This document shows, piece by piece, positions 45,256 through 55,460 of a DNA stretch of 62,621 nt. A program made the translations under genes and the position numbers. The stretch is from Candidatus Colwellbacteria bacterium. GTDB lineage: Bacteria > Patescibacteriota > Minisyncoccia > UBA6257 > Colwellbacteraceae. Position 1 is the first letter of the stretch. The number at the start of each line of letters is the position of its first letter. A model generated the notes under the pieces. That model made no database searches. It had not been told where the DNA came from and saw nothing but the letters and a program-made list of their open reading frames with translations. The stretch spans positions 1-62,621 of the forward strand of contig JAQULQ010000001.1 of assembly GCA_028718505.1 (NCBI GenBank), in the 5' to 3' direction.

Positions 45256-47358
45256 ATGATTAGGAAATATCCTCTTGAGAAAGTAAGGAATATTGGCATC
45301 ATTGCCCATATTGATGCAGGTAAAACAACCGTTTCCGAACGCATTCTTTTTTATACGGGTATCTCGCACAAAATAGGTGAGGTTCACGAGGGCGAAGCCA
45401 CTATGGACTGGATGGAGCAGGAGAGGGAAAGGGGGATAACCATTACCTCTGCTGCGACCACAACTTTCTGGACGCCAACTTATGCTAAGGACGATAAAAA
45501 CAAAGAGCACAGAATCAACATTATTGACACTCCCGGGCATATCGATTTTACAGTTGAAGTCAAACGGTCCATGCGGGTTTTGGACGGAGCTGTAGTTGTC
45601 TTTGATGGAGTGGCCGGGGTGGAGCCGCAATCAGAAACTAATTGGCATTATGCCGACGAGTATAAAGTGCCCAGGATCTGTTTTATTAATAAACTGGACA
45701 GAACGGGAGCCAACTTTGAAAAAAGTTTCCAGTCTATCAGAAAGCGTCTGACCAAGAACGCAGTCGCATTACAGCTCCCAATCGGTATCGAATCCAATTT
45801 CTCCGGAGTTATTGACCTGATCTCTAACAAAGCTTTTGAGTTCAAAGGTGATAAGGGCCAAGATGTAACAGAGGTGCCTGTTCCCGAGAATATGAAAGAA
45901 GAGGCGGCAAAATATCGGACTGAGCTTGTTGAAAAAATTGCCGAAAACGACGAGACCCTAACAGAGAAATATCTAAAAGGAGAAGCCATTTCAGAAAAAG
46001 AACTTAAAGAATCGCTTAGAAGATCGGTGCTGAAGGTTGAATTAGTTCCCGTACTTTGCGGGTCGGCCCTTAAAAATAAAGGGGTACAACCGATGCTGGA
46101 TGCAGTTGTGGATTATCTTCCTTCTCCCCTCGATGTCCCTCCCGCTCAGGGTATTGATCCAAAAACGGATCAAGAAGCCGTACGAGAGCCTCGGGATGAT
46201 GAACCCCTGGCCGCTTTGGCTTTCAAAGTGGCAGCCGATCCTTTTGTAGGCACCTTGACCTACTTCAGAGTTTATTCGGGCAGTCTTCAAAGAGGCAGCT
46301 ATATCCTAAATGCTACTAAGAATAGTCAAGAAAGAGCCGGAAGAATATTGCGGATGCACGCGAATCATAGAGAGGAGGTGGAATCAATTTATGCCGGTGA
46401 GATCGGTGCTTTGGTTGGCCTGAAAGACACTACAACTGGAGATACTTTGACTGACCCCGAGCACCCGATCATTCTTGAGAAGATCAGTTTCCCTGAGCCT
46501 GTTATTGAACAGCGTATTACGCCTAAAACTAAAGCAGATCAGGAGAAAATGGGTATCGCCCTTCGGAAACTTTCGGATGAAGACCCGACTTTTAGGGTTA
46601 GCACCGACGCGGAGACGGGTGAGACGCTTATTGCCGGCATGGGAGAATTACACTTGGAGGTAATCATCGACCGCCTTAAGCGTGAGTTCAGTGTCGGTGC
46701 TTCTGTAGGCAGGCCACAGGTTTCATACAAAGAGACGATTAGTGCTGAAGCTGAAGCCGAAGGTAAATATATCAGACAATCTGGCGGCCGAGGACAATAT
46801 GGGCACGTTTTGATCCGGGTAAAGCCCCTTGGGCGCGGCAGCGGTTTTGAGTTCACCAACTCGATTAAAGGGGGCACTATCCCGGCTGAGTTTATTCCCG
46901 CCGTGGAAAAAGGTATCAAAGAAGCCCTGTCAAAAGGTGTGATTGCCGGTTATAACATAATTGATCTTGAGGTAGAGCTCTATGACGGATCTTATCACGA
47001 GGTTGATTCGTCTGAAGCAGCCTTCAAGATAGCCGGCTCGATAGCGCTTCAGGAAGGAGTGAGACGGGCAAAGCCCATTATTTTGGAACCGATTATGAAG
47101 GTTCAAGCGACTACTCCGATGGAGTTCTTCGGCGATGTCACGGGCGACATTTCTTCAAAGAGAGGGCGTATAGAGTCAATGGAAGATAGAGAAAATCTAA
47201 AGATTGTTGTTGCTCATATCCCATTGTCAGAGATGTTCGGATATGCAACCAAATTAAGGTCGATGACTCAGGGCAGAGGATTCTTCAACATGGAATTCGA
47301 GGATTATGAACCTCTTCCTAAAAGCCTTGAGGAAAAGGTGGCTGAAGGAAGAAAATAG
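45256..47358 (+). CDS. fusA: elongation factor G
   Basis: [27 protein letters not shown]; 700 aa. Confidence 0.97.
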   Translation: MIRKYPLEKVRNIGIIAHIDAGKTTVSERILFYTGISHKIGEVHEGEATMDWMEQERERGITITSAATTTFWTPTYAKDDKNKEHRINIIDTPGHIDFTVEVKRSMRVLDGAVVVFDGVAGVEPQSETNWHYADEYKVPRICFINKLDRTGANFEKSFQSIRKRLTKNAVALQLPIGIESNFSGVIDLISNKAFEFKGDKGQDVTEVPVPENMKEEAAKYRTELVEKIAENDETLTEKYLKGEAISEKELKESLRRSVLKVELVPVLCGSALKNKGVQPMLDAVVDYLPSPLDVPPAQGIDPKTDQEAVREPRDDEPLAALAFKVAADPFVGTLTYFRVYSGSLQRGSYILNATKNSQERAGRILRMHANHREEVESIYAGEIGALVGLKDTTTGDTLTDPEHPIILEKISFPEPVIEQRITPKTKADQEKMGIALRKLSDEDPTFRVSTDAETGETLIAGMGELHLEVIIDRLKREFSVGASVGRPQVSYKETISAEAEAEGKYIRQSGGRGQYGHVLIRVKPLGRGSGFEFTNSIKGGTIPAEFIPAVEKGIKEALSKGVIAGYNIIDLEVELYDGSYHEVDSSEAAFKIAGSIALQEGVRRAKPIILEPIMKVQATTPMEFFGDVTGDISSKRGRIESMEDRENLKIVVAHIPLSEMFGYATKLRSMTQGRGFFNMEFEDYEPLPKSLEEKVAEGRK

Positions 47359-47416
47359 AATCTATTCTGAATTCCTTGTTTATGTCGTTTATCCAGAGTT
47401 TTATCGGAGGAAAGTG

Positions 47417-47445
47417 TTGACACTGACAACAGCCCCAGATAGAAT
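47417..47445 (+). promoter_or_regulatory. internal sigma70-type promoter for tuf
   Basis: TTGACA (47417-47422), 17-nt spacer, TAGAAT (47440-47445). Confidence 0.5.
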
Positions 47446-47493
47446 GCTGAAAGTCGAAAATAACATTTCACGAAATCAATAAACATTAATTAA

Positions 47494-48687
47494 ATGGCAG
47501 AGAAATTTACGCGCGTGAAACCGCACGTTAACGTTGGCACTATCGGTCATGTAGACCACGGTAAGACTACGCTCACAGCAGCTATAATGCATGTCCTGCA
47601 GATGAAGGGCTTGATCAAAAAGGCTTCGAGCGTTGACGAAATTGATAAGGCCCCCGAAGAGAAAGAGAGGGGTATTACTATTGCTCTTTCTCACCAGGAA
47701 TATGAGTCAGAAAAAAGGCACTATGCCCACATCGATGCTCCTGGTCACGCTGACTACATTAAAAACATGATTACCGGTGCTGCCCAAATGGACGGTGCTA
47801 TTTTGGTAGTTTCGGCGGCTGATGGCCCCATGCCTCAGACACGAGAGCACATTGTATTAGCTCGTCAGGTGGGAGTACCTGCCATCATAGTCTTTCTTAA
47901 TAAAACAGATCAGGTTGATGACCCAGAGCTTATCGATCTGGTTGAGGCGGAGATTAGGGAATTACTCAATAAGTATGAGTTTCCCGGCGATGAGGTTCCG
48001 ATAATCAGAGGCAGTGCCCTGAAAGCATTGGATACCACTTCTGCCGATGATGAAGCGGCCAAGCCGATACTGGAGCTTGTTAAATATCTTGACGAATATA
48101 TCCCAGAACCCCAAAGGGACTTGGATAAGCCGTTCTTAATGCCGGTTGAAGATGTCTTTACTATCGAAGGCAGAGGGACGGTTGTAACCGGCAGGATTGA
48201 GAGGGGGAAGATCAAAGTCAATGAAGAAGTAGAGATCATCGGTATTCGCCCAACCCAAAAGACTGTTATCACTGGTGTCGAAATGTTCAACAAAGAACTC
48301 GACGAAGGTCTGGCCGGAGATAATGTTGGGGTGCTCTTAAGAGGATTAAAGAAAGAAGATGTAGAGAGAGGTCAGGTAGTGGCCGCTCCAGGAAGCGTCA
48401 CCCCGCACACAGAATTCGAAGCAGAGATTCTTTTGCTCTCAAAAGAAGAGGGAGGTAGACATACCCCCATCTTCCCGGGATACAAGCCTCAATTCTATAT
48501 TCGAACAACAGATGTAACCGGAGAGGTAACTCTGCCGGAAGGAACTGAGATGGCAATGCCGGGAGATACGGTTAATTTTTCCGTTAAGCTTATTTCTCCG
48601 GTTGCCTTAGAGGAGAAACAGCGGTTTGCCATCCGTGAAGGTGGCAAGACGGTAGGTGCCGGAGTCGTCACCAAAATCAATAAATAG
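47494..48687 (+). CDS. tuf: elongation factor Tu
   Basis: [22 protein letters not shown]; 397 aa. Confidence 0.98.
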   Translation: MAEKFTRVKPHVNVGTIGHVDHGKTTLTAAIMHVLQMKGLIKKASSVDEIDKAPEEKERGITIALSHQEYESEKRHYAHIDAPGHADYIKNMITGAAQMDGAILVVSAADGPMPQTREHIVLARQVGVPAIIVFLNKTDQVDDPELIDLVEAEIRELLNKYEFPGDEVPIIRGSALKALDTTSADDEAAKPILELVKYLDEYIPEPQRDLDKPFLMPVEDVFTIEGRGTVVTGRIERGKIKVNEEVEIIGIRPTQKTVITGVEMFNKELDEGLAGDNVGVLLRGLKKEDVERGQVVAAPGSVTPHTEFEAEILLLSKEEGGRHTPIFPGYKPQFYIRTTDVTGEVTLPEGTEMAMPGDTVNFSVKLISPVALEEKQRFAIREGGKTVGAGVVTKINK

Positions 48688-48704
48688 TTCATCCCAGCAG
48701 GAAT

Positions 48705-49034
48705 ATGGCTAAAGCTGAAGCGCCCAATGAGAAGATGAGGCTTAGAATTAAGTCTTATGATCATCGCCTCCTTGATAATTCCTGTAAACAAATTGTTGAG
48801 ACACTTCAGAGACAACATGTAGAAATGGTGGGGCCGATCCCACTTCCTACCAGCTTCCGGCGCTATACCGTAAATCGCTCCAGCTTTGTTCACAAAGATT
48901 CAAGGGAACAGTTCGAATTGAGAGTCCACAAGCGTCTAATCGACATCCTTAAGCCTTCAGCTAAGATCATAGAGTCGCTGAGCGACTTGAACTTACCCGC
49001 TGGAGTAGAGGTAGAAATAAAGGCAGCGTCCTAG
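48705..49034 (+). CDS. rpsJ: 30S ribosomal protein S10
   Basis: MRLRIKSYDHRLLD...GPIPLPT. Confidence 0.95.
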   Translation: MAKAEAPNEKMRLRIKSYDHRLLDNSCKQIVETLQRQHVEMVGPIPLPTSFRRYTVNRSSFVHKDSREQFELRVHKRLIDILKPSAKIIESLSDLNLPAGVEVEIKAAS

Positions 49035-49187
49035 TGCTGAAAGTTGGTTTTAGGCTCCAAAACTCCGGTCTTCTGCGGCCGAAGTTTTGGTTTCAAATCC
49101 CTTGTCTTCCAAAACTGACTAGTGTACTATTACCTGGCCTTTTTGGCGTTTTATTTTATCAAGGGCCACCAGATGACCCAGGTTGTG

Positions 49188-49610
49188 ATGAATTACACCG
49201 AAGGAAAAAAGAAAAAAATGGGACAAATATTCCGCGAAGAGGAAGTTGTGCCCGTAACTTTTATAGAACTCGACGCCGATGAGGATGTTGAGTTCGTCGC
49301 AGGTGAGAAGCTGAGGATTGTGGCTAAGAGCCGAGGCCGTGGGTTTCAAGGTGTAGTTAAGAGGCATGGTTTCCACGGAGGACCGAAAACACACGGCCAA
49401 AAGCATACTCATCGAGCATCTGGATCAATTGGAGCAACTGGACCGCAAAGAGTTCTACCCGGCACTCGCATGGCCGGCAGAATGGGCTCGGTTAAGGTAA
49501 ACCTTAAAAGTGTTGAGGTGGTTGCCTTTGAAAAGTTAAGAAGGCTTTTGGTGGTCAAAGGGCCAGTACCAGGTATGAAGGGAAATTGTGTCAAGATTTT
49601 CAAAAAATAG
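49188..49610 (+). CDS. rplC: 50S ribosomal protein L3, internally shortened (~140 aa)
   Basis: GKKKKMGQIF...VPVTFIE N-terminal motif, then SRGRGFQGVVKRHGF...HRASGSIGA...RMAGRMG. About 55-60 residues of the usual globular domain are missing. ATG 49188 is preferred over track start 49122. Confidence 0.8.
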   Translation: MNYTEGKKKKMGQIFREEEVVPVTFIELDADEDVEFVAGEKLRIVAKSRGRGFQGVVKRHGFHGGPKTHGQKHTHRASGSIGATGPQRVLPGTRMAGRMGSVKVNLKSVEVVAFEKLRRLLVVKGPVPGMKGNCVKIFKK

Positions 49611-49612
49611 TT

Positions 49613-50248
49613 ATGAAAAGCGATCTCTATAACCAAGAGGGTCAGAAAATAGGCACAGCCGAATTGCCCGGCCGTGTTTTCGGAGTTGCCTGGAATGCGG
49701 ATTTAGTTCATCAAGCTCTAAGAGTCCAGGCTGCCAATGTACGGCAGCCTCTGGCTCATGTTAAAGGCAGAGGTGATGTCCGGGGCGGTGGTCGAAAACC
49801 GTGGAGACAAAAGGGAACGGGAAGAGCCAGACACGGCTCGATAAGATCACCCCTTTGGAAAGGGGGCGGCGTCACTCACGGACCCAACAAAGACAGGGTT
49901 TTCTCCTTGAAGATAAATAGAAAGATGCGTCAGAAAGCACTCTTCTCTGTTCTGTCCAGAAGGCTGAAAGAAAATGAGGTGCGCATTATTGAATCAGCAG
50001 AGATCTCTGAACCTAAAACTAAACTATTGCAAAAATGGTTAAAGGTATTCTCTCCGAAAGAAAATGCACTCATTATTGTCAGAAACGAGAACAAATATAT
50101 TTTTAAGGCGGCGAGCAACCTTTCTAAGGTGACGGTGACGGATGCCCGCGCTCTGAATGTTTATGACTTATTGCGCCCCGCCGTTATCCTCATAGATTAT
50201 CCGGCCGTGGAAGAAATAGATAATCACTACCATGCCAGCCGACAATAA
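49613..50248 (+). CDS. rplD: 50S ribosomal protein L4
   Basis: RGGGRKPWRQKGTGRARHGSIRSPLW motif. ATG 49613 follows the rplC stop directly. Confidence 0.93.
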   Translation: MKSDLYNQEGQKIGTAELPGRVFGVAWNADLVHQALRVQAANVRQPLAHVKGRGDVRGGGRKPWRQKGTGRARHGSIRSPLWKGGGVTHGPNKDRVFSLKINRKMRQKALFSVLSRRLKENEVRIIESAEISEPKTKLLQKWLKVFSPKENALIIVRNENKYIFKAASNLSKVTVTDARALNVYDLLRPAVILIDYPAVEEIDNHYHASRQ

Positions 50249-50486
50249 TTTGATCAAAAAACCGCTGATTAGCGAAAAAGGGACTGAATTAGCAGGGCTG
50301 AATAAATATATTTTTCTAGTTCAACCGGGGGCCAATAAGACACAGGTTAAAAAAGCTGTCGAATCTATTTATAAGGTTAACGTTACGCAGGTAAATATCG
50401 TTCGTAATCGGCAGAAGGAAGAGGGTTATAAAAAAGCGATTGTAACCCTGCATTCCGGGCAGGCCATAGATATAGTTCCACACTAG
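50232..50486 (+). CDS. rplW: 50S ribosomal protein L23
   Basis: 84 aa with L23 pattern (LIKKPLISEKG...). Operon position fits. Confidence 0.9.
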   Translation: MPADNNLIKKPLISEKGTELAGLNKYIFLVQPGANKTQVKKAVESIYKVNVTQVNIVRNRQKEEGYKKAIVTLHSGQAIDIVPH

Positions 50487-50487
50487 A

Positions 50488-51324
50488 ATGAAAAAGTTCA
50501 GACCCTACACGCCTTCAAGAAGAAAAATGACCGTTGTTAGTTACAGTGCCTTGAGCGGTGTCAAACCTATGCGATCTGCGACGGTGAATTTGAAGCGCAA
50601 TTCCGGACGTAATAATTTGGGCAGAATAACTGTCAGGCACAAAGGTGGCGGAGTAAAAAGACTTTATCGGATGGTCGATTTTAAGCAGGATAAGTATGAT
50701 ATCCAGGGGAAAATAGAAGCTATCGAATATGATCCCTATAGAAGTGCCTTCATTATGAGGGTGGCTTATACTGATGGGGAAAGACGTTATCACCTCGCAT
50801 ATGATAAGGCCAGCGTAGGAGATATCATTCTCACCTCTGAGAAAGCACCCTTGAAAGATGGTAATAGGCTGCCTCTTAGTAAGATTCCGGTTGGTTATCC
50901 GGTTCATAATGTTGAGCTTCAACCCGGAAAAGGAGGGAAAATCATCCGCAGCGCCGGTTCTTCTACTCAAGTCCTAGCGCATGAAGGCAGATATGCTCAT
51001 CTCAAAATGCCTTCAGGGGAAGTGAGAAAAGTGCTCTCGAACAATCTTGCAACTACTGGGCAGGTTTCCAATCAAGAGTACAGTTTGACCGTCATTGGCA
51101 AGGCTGGTAGAAAAAGGCTTATGGGGATAAGACCCACCGTCAGGGGGACAGCCATGAATCCAGTTGATCATAAATATGGAGGCGGTGAAGGAAAGCAGCC
51201 CCGCGGGACAAAACGTCCTAAAGATATCTGGGGTAATGTTATCGGCGGGCGTAAAACTAGACGTAAGAAAAAGTGGTCGAACAAACTTGTGGTCAAAAAA
51301 CGAGTAAGTAAGAGAAACAGATAA
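50488..51324 (+). CDS. rplB: 50S ribosomal protein L2
   Basis: GRNNLGRITVRHKGGG...TVRGTAMNPVDHKYGGGEG. Confidence 0.97.
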   Translation: MKKFRPYTPSRRKMTVVSYSALSGVKPMRSATVNLKRNSGRNNLGRITVRHKGGGVKRLYRMVDFKQDKYDIQGKIEAIEYDPYRSAFIMRVAYTDGERRYHLAYDKASVGDIILTSEKAPLKDGNRLPLSKIPVGYPVHNVELQPGKGGKIIRSAGSSTQVLAHEGRYAHLKMPSGEVRKVLSNNLATTGQVSNQEYSLTVIGKAGRKRLMGIRPTVRGTAMNPVDHKYGGGEGKQPRGTKRPKDIWGNVIGGRKTRRKKKWSNKLVVKKRVSKRNR

Positions 51325-51327
51325 ATT

Positions 51328-51624
51328 ATGTCCAGAAGTTCGAAAAAAGGGCCATATGTGGATGCGAAGCTCATGAAGAAAATAACAGCCGCTGATCCCG
51401 AGAAAAGAGTGGCTATTAAAACATGGGCGAGGTCATCCTCGATCGCTCCCGAAATGGTAGGCTATATGCTGGGTATTCATAACGGAAGAGATTTCATAGA
51501 AGTTTTGATCTCTGAAGAAATGGTTGGCCATAAGTTGGGCGAATTTGCACCGACACGCAAATTCACAAGACACGGAGGAAAAATCCAGAAAGAATTAGAG
51601 CAAAAAGCCAAAACCGATAGTTAA
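51328..51624 (+). CDS. rpsS: 30S ribosomal protein S19
   Basis: [11 protein letters not shown]...[13 protein letters not shown]. Confidence 0.96.
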   Translation: MSRSSKKGPYVDAKLMKKITAADPEKRVAIKTWARSSSIAPEMVGYMLGIHNGRDFIEVLISEEMVGHKLGEFAPTRKFTRHGGKIQKELEQKAKTDS

Positions 51625-51626
51625 TC

Positions 51627-52145
51627 ATGTCCGGGACAGATACTAATAAAATCAGTCGAGCAAGCATCCGCAACCTTAATATTTCTCCCAGAAAGGTCCG
51701 GCTAGTGGCTGATTTGATCAGGGGTATGGAAACTAGCGATGCCCTGGCTCAGCTCGAATTGCTTAACAAGCGCAGCAGCCAGCCGCTGGCTAAACTCCTA
51801 AAATCCGCCATAGCTAATGCCAAAACGAAGGGGTTAGATATTAATCGTTTAGTCATTGATGTTATCACCGTGGATAAAGGAAGAATGCTGAAGCGAGCTC
51901 TTGCCCGAGGGCGCGGACGGGTCTCTGCCATCCAAAAAAAGCAAAGTCATGTTAGCCTGGTGCTTAGAGAGTCTGACACCGTCCAGAAATCCCGCTTTGT
52001 GATAGTTGAGAAACCCAAGAGCACTAAGCAGCCAAAGCAGACGGCGGGTAGTAAGAAGGCTAAGCCCGATAGGAAAGACGAAATGATCAAAAAAGAGAAA
52101 AAGCCGAACTTCGTAAAGAAGCTTTTCCAAAGAAAATCAGTATAG
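51627..52145 (+). CDS. rplV: 50S ribosomal protein L22 with a basic C-terminal extension
   Basis: ISPRKVRLVADLIRG motif. About 55 extra lysine-rich residues. Confidence 0.92.
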   Translation: MSGTDTNKISRASIRNLNISPRKVRLVADLIRGMETSDALAQLELLNKRSSQPLAKLLKSAIANAKTKGLDINRLVIDVITVDKGRMLKRALARGRGRVSAIQKKQSHVSLVLRESDTVQKSRFVIVEKPKSTKQPKQTAGSKKAKPDRKDEMIKKEKKPNFVKKLFQRKSV

Positions 52146-52147
52146 TA

Positions 52148-52804
52148 ATGGCTAGAAAGATAAATCCAGTTGTCCAGCGTTTGGGTATTAACAGAGATTG
52201 GGAGTCAAAGTGGATGCCGCCTGGAGGTAGGTATGCTCGCTATTTGCAGGAAGATGAGATCATTCGTAGGATCATCGATGAGAAAATTAGCAAGGCGGGA
52301 ATTGACCGTATTGAGATAGAGCGAACCCCAAACCAACACAAAATCACGATTCGGTCCGCTCGGCCCGGTATTGTAATCGGCCGGGGCGGCAAAGGTATTG
52401 AAGAACTCAGCCGCGCTATCCAGAAAGCGACCGGTATTACTACACCGTTCAATTTGAATGTTGAAGAAATTCGGCGAACCGAGATATCCGCGTCCGTTAT
52501 GGCTCAGAACATTGCCTGGGATATTGAGCGGCGTATGCGGTTCAGAAGGGTAATGAAACGGCATCTTGATATAGCTATGCAGAACAGAGACGTGCAGGGA
52601 GCTAAGATCAAAGTGGCAGGCCGCTTAAATGGTGCGGAGATAGCCAGATCCGAATCTCTAATGAAGGGGAAACTTCCCTTAACCACCCTCAGGGCCAATA
52701 TCGATTATGGAGACGCAAGGGCTAATACCACTTACGGTGTGATCGGGATCAAGGTGTGGCTCTATAAGGGAGAAATATTCGAAAAATCTAAGAAAAGAGA
52801 ATAA
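52148..52804 (+). CDS. rpsC: 30S ribosomal protein S3
   Basis: KH domain plus GIVIGRGGKGIE and GRLNGAEIAR motifs. Confidence 0.96.
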   Translation: MARKINPVVQRLGINRDWESKWMPPGGRYARYLQEDEIIRRIIDEKISKAGIDRIEIERTPNQHKITIRSARPGIVIGRGGKGIEELSRAIQKATGITTPFNLNVEEIRRTEISASVMAQNIAWDIERRMRFRRVMKRHLDIAMQNRDVQGAKIKVAGRLNGAEIARSESLMKGKLPLTTLRANIDYGDARANTTYGVIGIKVWLYKGEIFEKSKKRE

Positions 52805-52810
52805 AAGACT

Positions 52811-53227
52811 ATGTTGTTAATGCCTAGAAAAGTTAAACACAGAAAGTGGCATAAGGGCCGTTCGAGAAAGAGAGACCTAGAAACACGAGGAACGAAGGTC
52901 AGTTTTGGCGAGTTTGGGCTGCAGGCACTTGGACGGTCATGGCTAAGCTCTAAGCAGATAGAGGCTGGCAGGAGGGCCGTTACTCATTATTTGAAACGTG
53001 AGGGAAGGGTCTGGATAAGAGTGTTCCCGGATAAGCCTGTCACCCAAAAAGCAGCCGAAGTTGGTATGGGCGGAGGCAAGGGCGCAGTTGATCATTATGT
53101 TTTTCCGGTTAAGCCGGGGAGGATAATATTTGAGATAGGGGGAGTAAGCGAAGAAAAGGCCCGCGGTGCCCTTGATAGGGCAAAGCACAAGATGCCGTTT
53201 AAGACAAAGTTCGTATGCAGAGATTAG
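52811..53227 (+). CDS. rplP: 50S ribosomal protein L16
   Basis: MPRKVKHRKWHKGR...MGGGKG. Confidence 0.95.
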   Translation: MLLMPRKVKHRKWHKGRSRKRDLETRGTKVSFGEFGLQALGRSWLSSKQIEAGRRAVTHYLKREGRVWIRVFPDKPVTQKAAEVGMGGGKGAVDHYVFPVKPGRIIFEIGGVSEEKARGALDRAKHKMPFKTKFVCRD

Positions 53228-53236
53228 GATACACCT

Positions 53237-53449
53237 ATGAAAAAGAACGAAATTAAAAAGTTAAATAGCAAAACACCCGCCGATCTTAAAAAATCGTTGG
53301 TTGAGGCAAGAGAGGAGCTGCGAGTATTGAGATTTGATCTAGCTGCCGGTAAAGTGAAGAACATCCAAAAAGCCAAGGAAGTAAGAAAGAAAATAGCGCG
53401 CATTCTGACATTCATCCGATTAAAAGAAACCGAGACACAGGCTATTTAA
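53237..53449 (+). CDS. rpmC: 50S ribosomal protein L29
   Basis: 70-aa helical protein. Operon position fits (LVEAREELRVLRFDLA). Confidence 0.9.
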   Translation: MKKNEIKKLNSKTPADLKKSLVEAREELRVLRFDLAAGKVKNIQKAKEVRKKIARILTFIRLKETETQAI

Positions 53450-53451
53450 AT

Positions 53452-53718
53452 ATGGACAACGAAAAAAGAAGAAAAAAACTAAAAGGTCTGGTTACTTCGG
53501 ACAAGATGAATAAAACGGTTGTGGTCACCGTCAGCACAAGTAAGATGCATCCGAAGTATTTTCGTTATTTCACAAGAAGTTCTAAGTTCAAAGCTCATGA
53601 TGAGAATAACCAGTATAAAGTTGGCGATAATGTGATTATTGAGGAAACCAGACCTCTTTCAAGAGAAAAACGGTGGCGAGTCGTCGGTTTATTGAAAGAG
53701 CAAGATAAACAGCGATGA
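53452..53718 (+). CDS. rpsQ: 30S ribosomal protein S17
   Basis: [18 protein letters not shown]...KFKAHDENN. Confidence 0.93.
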   Translation: MDNEKRRKKLKGLVTSDKMNKTVVVTVSTSKMHPKYFRYFTRSSKFKAHDENNQYKVGDNVIIEETRPLSREKRWRVVGLLKEQDKQR

Positions 53719-54086
53719 TCCAAGAGGGCACACTTTTAAAGGTAGCCGATAACTCTGGAGCGAAAATAGTCCGCTGTTTTAGAGTGCTGGGAGGCAGCCG
53801 CAGACACTATGCTGGGATCGGTGATACCATTATCGTTTCAGTGAGAGTAGCAGAACCGCGCAAATCGATTAAGAAGAAAGATGTCGTCAGGGCTGTTGTT
53901 GTCCGAACAAGAGCTCCCCTGAAACGTAAGGACGGTACTTATCTTCGTTTTGATGAAAATTCCGTCGTTATTATAGAAAGAGAGAAGCCTGATCCGCAGG
54001 CAACCAGAATTTTTGGGCCGATACCGCGCGAGGTCAAAGAAAAAGGGTTCGAAAAGATCGCCTCAATAGCTCAGGAAATTATTTAA
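53715..54086 (+). CDS. rplN: 50S ribosomal protein L14
   Basis: [17 protein letters not shown]. Confidence 0.96.
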   Translation: MIQEGTLLKVADNSGAKIVRCFRVLGGSRRHYAGIGDTIIVSVRVAEPRKSIKKKDVVRAVVVRTRAPLKRKDGTYLRFDENSVVIIEREKPDPQATRIFGPIPREVKEKGFEKIASIAQEII

Positions 54087-54090
54087 GATC

Positions 54091-54414
54091 ATGGCCTCCG
54101 TTGGAAAAATAAAAATCAAAAAGGGAGACAAGGTAATAGTGCTGAAAGGAAGAGACAGGGGGAAAATTGGCAAGGTGGTGAAGGTATCGCCTGGCAATCG
54201 TAAGCTGACCGTGGACGGGCTGAACTTATTTAAGAAAACTATAAGAGCCACTCGTCAGGGTGAAAGAGGGCAAGTCGTTGATAAGCCTTTCCCGTTGGAG
54301 GTGGCAAATGTGCAATTAGTGTGTCCGTCCTGTAATAAAGCAACCCGTATTGGTAGCCGCGTTATTAAAGATAGAAAAGAAAGATATTGTAAAAAATGCG
54401 AAGCGAAAATTTAG
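54091..54414 (+). CDS. rplX: 50S ribosomal protein L24 with a C-terminal CxxC...CxxC ribbon
   Basis: KOW motif KIKKGDKVIVLKGRDRGKIGKV. C-terminal CPSC...CKKC. Confidence 0.93.
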   Translation: MASVGKIKIKKGDKVIVLKGRDRGKIGKVVKVSPGNRKLTVDGLNLFKKTIRATRQGERGQVVDKPFPLEVANVQLVCPSCNKATRIGSRVIKDRKERYCKKCEAKI

Positions 54415-54878
54415 AAAAAATAATAATAGCTACTGGCCTCGGCCAGCAAAGACAGAGCAGCCAATTCGAGTCCTCCTTTCTTCCGGAGATAATGAAAGAG
54501 CTTGCTTTGATTACCGGCCAGAAGCCGGTTCAATGTTTGGCTAAACAGTCTATAGCCGGATTCAAATTAAGAGCCGGCAACTTAGTGGGATTGAGAGTGA
54601 CCTTGAGGGGGAAAAGGATGGCGGACTTCTTGTATCGCATGGTAAATATAGCATTGCCTAGGGTGCGTGACTTCAGAGGCATCGATCCGAAGCAGATAGA
54701 TAGCGAGGGGAATTTGACAATAGGTTTCAGGGACCATAGTGTGTTCCCTGAAATTATTCCCGAAGAGTCAAAGCACGATTTCGGTTTCCAGGTTACCTTG
54801 GTTTCCAGGGTGGATAATTCCCGAAAAGCTATTGAATTTTTTGAAGGGATCGGGATACCGTTCATGAAGAAAAAATAA
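54396..54878 (+). CDS. rplE: 50S ribosomal protein L5, short N-terminus (160 aa)
   Basis: ITGQKPVQCLAKQSIAGFKLRAGNLVGLRVTLRG motif. In-frame TAA at 54390 prevents a longer N-terminus. Confidence 0.9.
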   Translation: MRSENLEKIIIATGLGQQRQSSQFESSFLPEIMKELALITGQKPVQCLAKQSIAGFKLRAGNLVGLRVTLRGKRMADFLYRMVNIALPRVRDFRGIDPKQIDSEGNLTIGFRDHSVFPEIIPEESKHDFGFQVTLVSRVDNSRKAIEFFEGIGIPFMKKK

Positions 54879-54881
54879 AAC

Positions 54882-55067
54882 ATGGCAAGGAAAGCATTAG
54901 TCTTAAAATCGAAAAAAGAGCCTAAATATACCACCCGGGTTATCAGGCGCTGTTTTAGATGCGGTCGGAAAAGGGCCTATATGAGGGATTTCGACCTGTG
55001 CCGTATTTGTTTTAGGGAACTTGCGACTAAAGGCCGTATTCCCGGGGTTAAAAAAGCCTCTTGGTAG
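54882..55067 (+). CDS. rpsZ: 30S ribosomal protein S14, type Z (zinc-binding)
   Basis: 61 aa with CFRCGR...CRIC. Confidence 0.93.
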   Translation: MARKALVLKSKKEPKYTTRVIRRCFRCGRKRAYMRDFDLCRICFRELATKGRIPGVKKASW

Positions 55068-55073
55068 AAACAT

Positions 55074-55457
55074 ATGTATCACGATACTTTAATCAGAATT
55101 CAAAACGGTTTTATGAGGGGCAAATCAAGGGTGAAAGTACCTTATTCTCAGCTTGATTTCAGCATTCTTGAATTATTGACTGGCATGGGATATCTAGAGG
55201 CAGTACAGCGGAAGGGAAGAGGTACCAAGCGTATTATTGATGTCAAGCTGAAGTACCACAGTGATAAAAGCCCGGCCCTTTCTAAGATCAAGTTCGTCAG
55301 TCGTCCGTCCCGTCCTATGTATACAGGCTATTTGAAACTTAAGCCGTCTCATCAGGGATACGGACATTTTATAGTCTCAACTCCTCAAGGGATAATGGAC
55401 GGTATGGATGCAAAGAGAAAGAAAGTCGGCGGACAGATCCTGTTCGAAGTTTGGTAA
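55074..55457 (+). CDS. rpsH: 30S ribosomal protein S8
   Basis: DTLIRIQNG start and GGQILFEVW end. Confidence 0.93.
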   Translation: MYHDTLIRIQNGFMRGKSRVKVPYSQLDFSILELLTGMGYLEAVQRKGRGTKRIIDVKLKYHSDKSPALSKIKFVSRPSRPMYTGYLKLKPSHQGYGHFIVSTPQGIMDGMDAKRKKVGGQILFEVW

Positions 55458-55460
55458 AAC

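Noticed and set aside
49034-49282. 82-aa plus-strand ORF spanning the rpsJ-rplC spacer.
   Set aside because: It overlaps the L3 start in another frame. Its composition is arginine/proline-rich and low in complexity, and it has a GTG start directly in the rpsJ stop. The spacer is better read as RNA structure.
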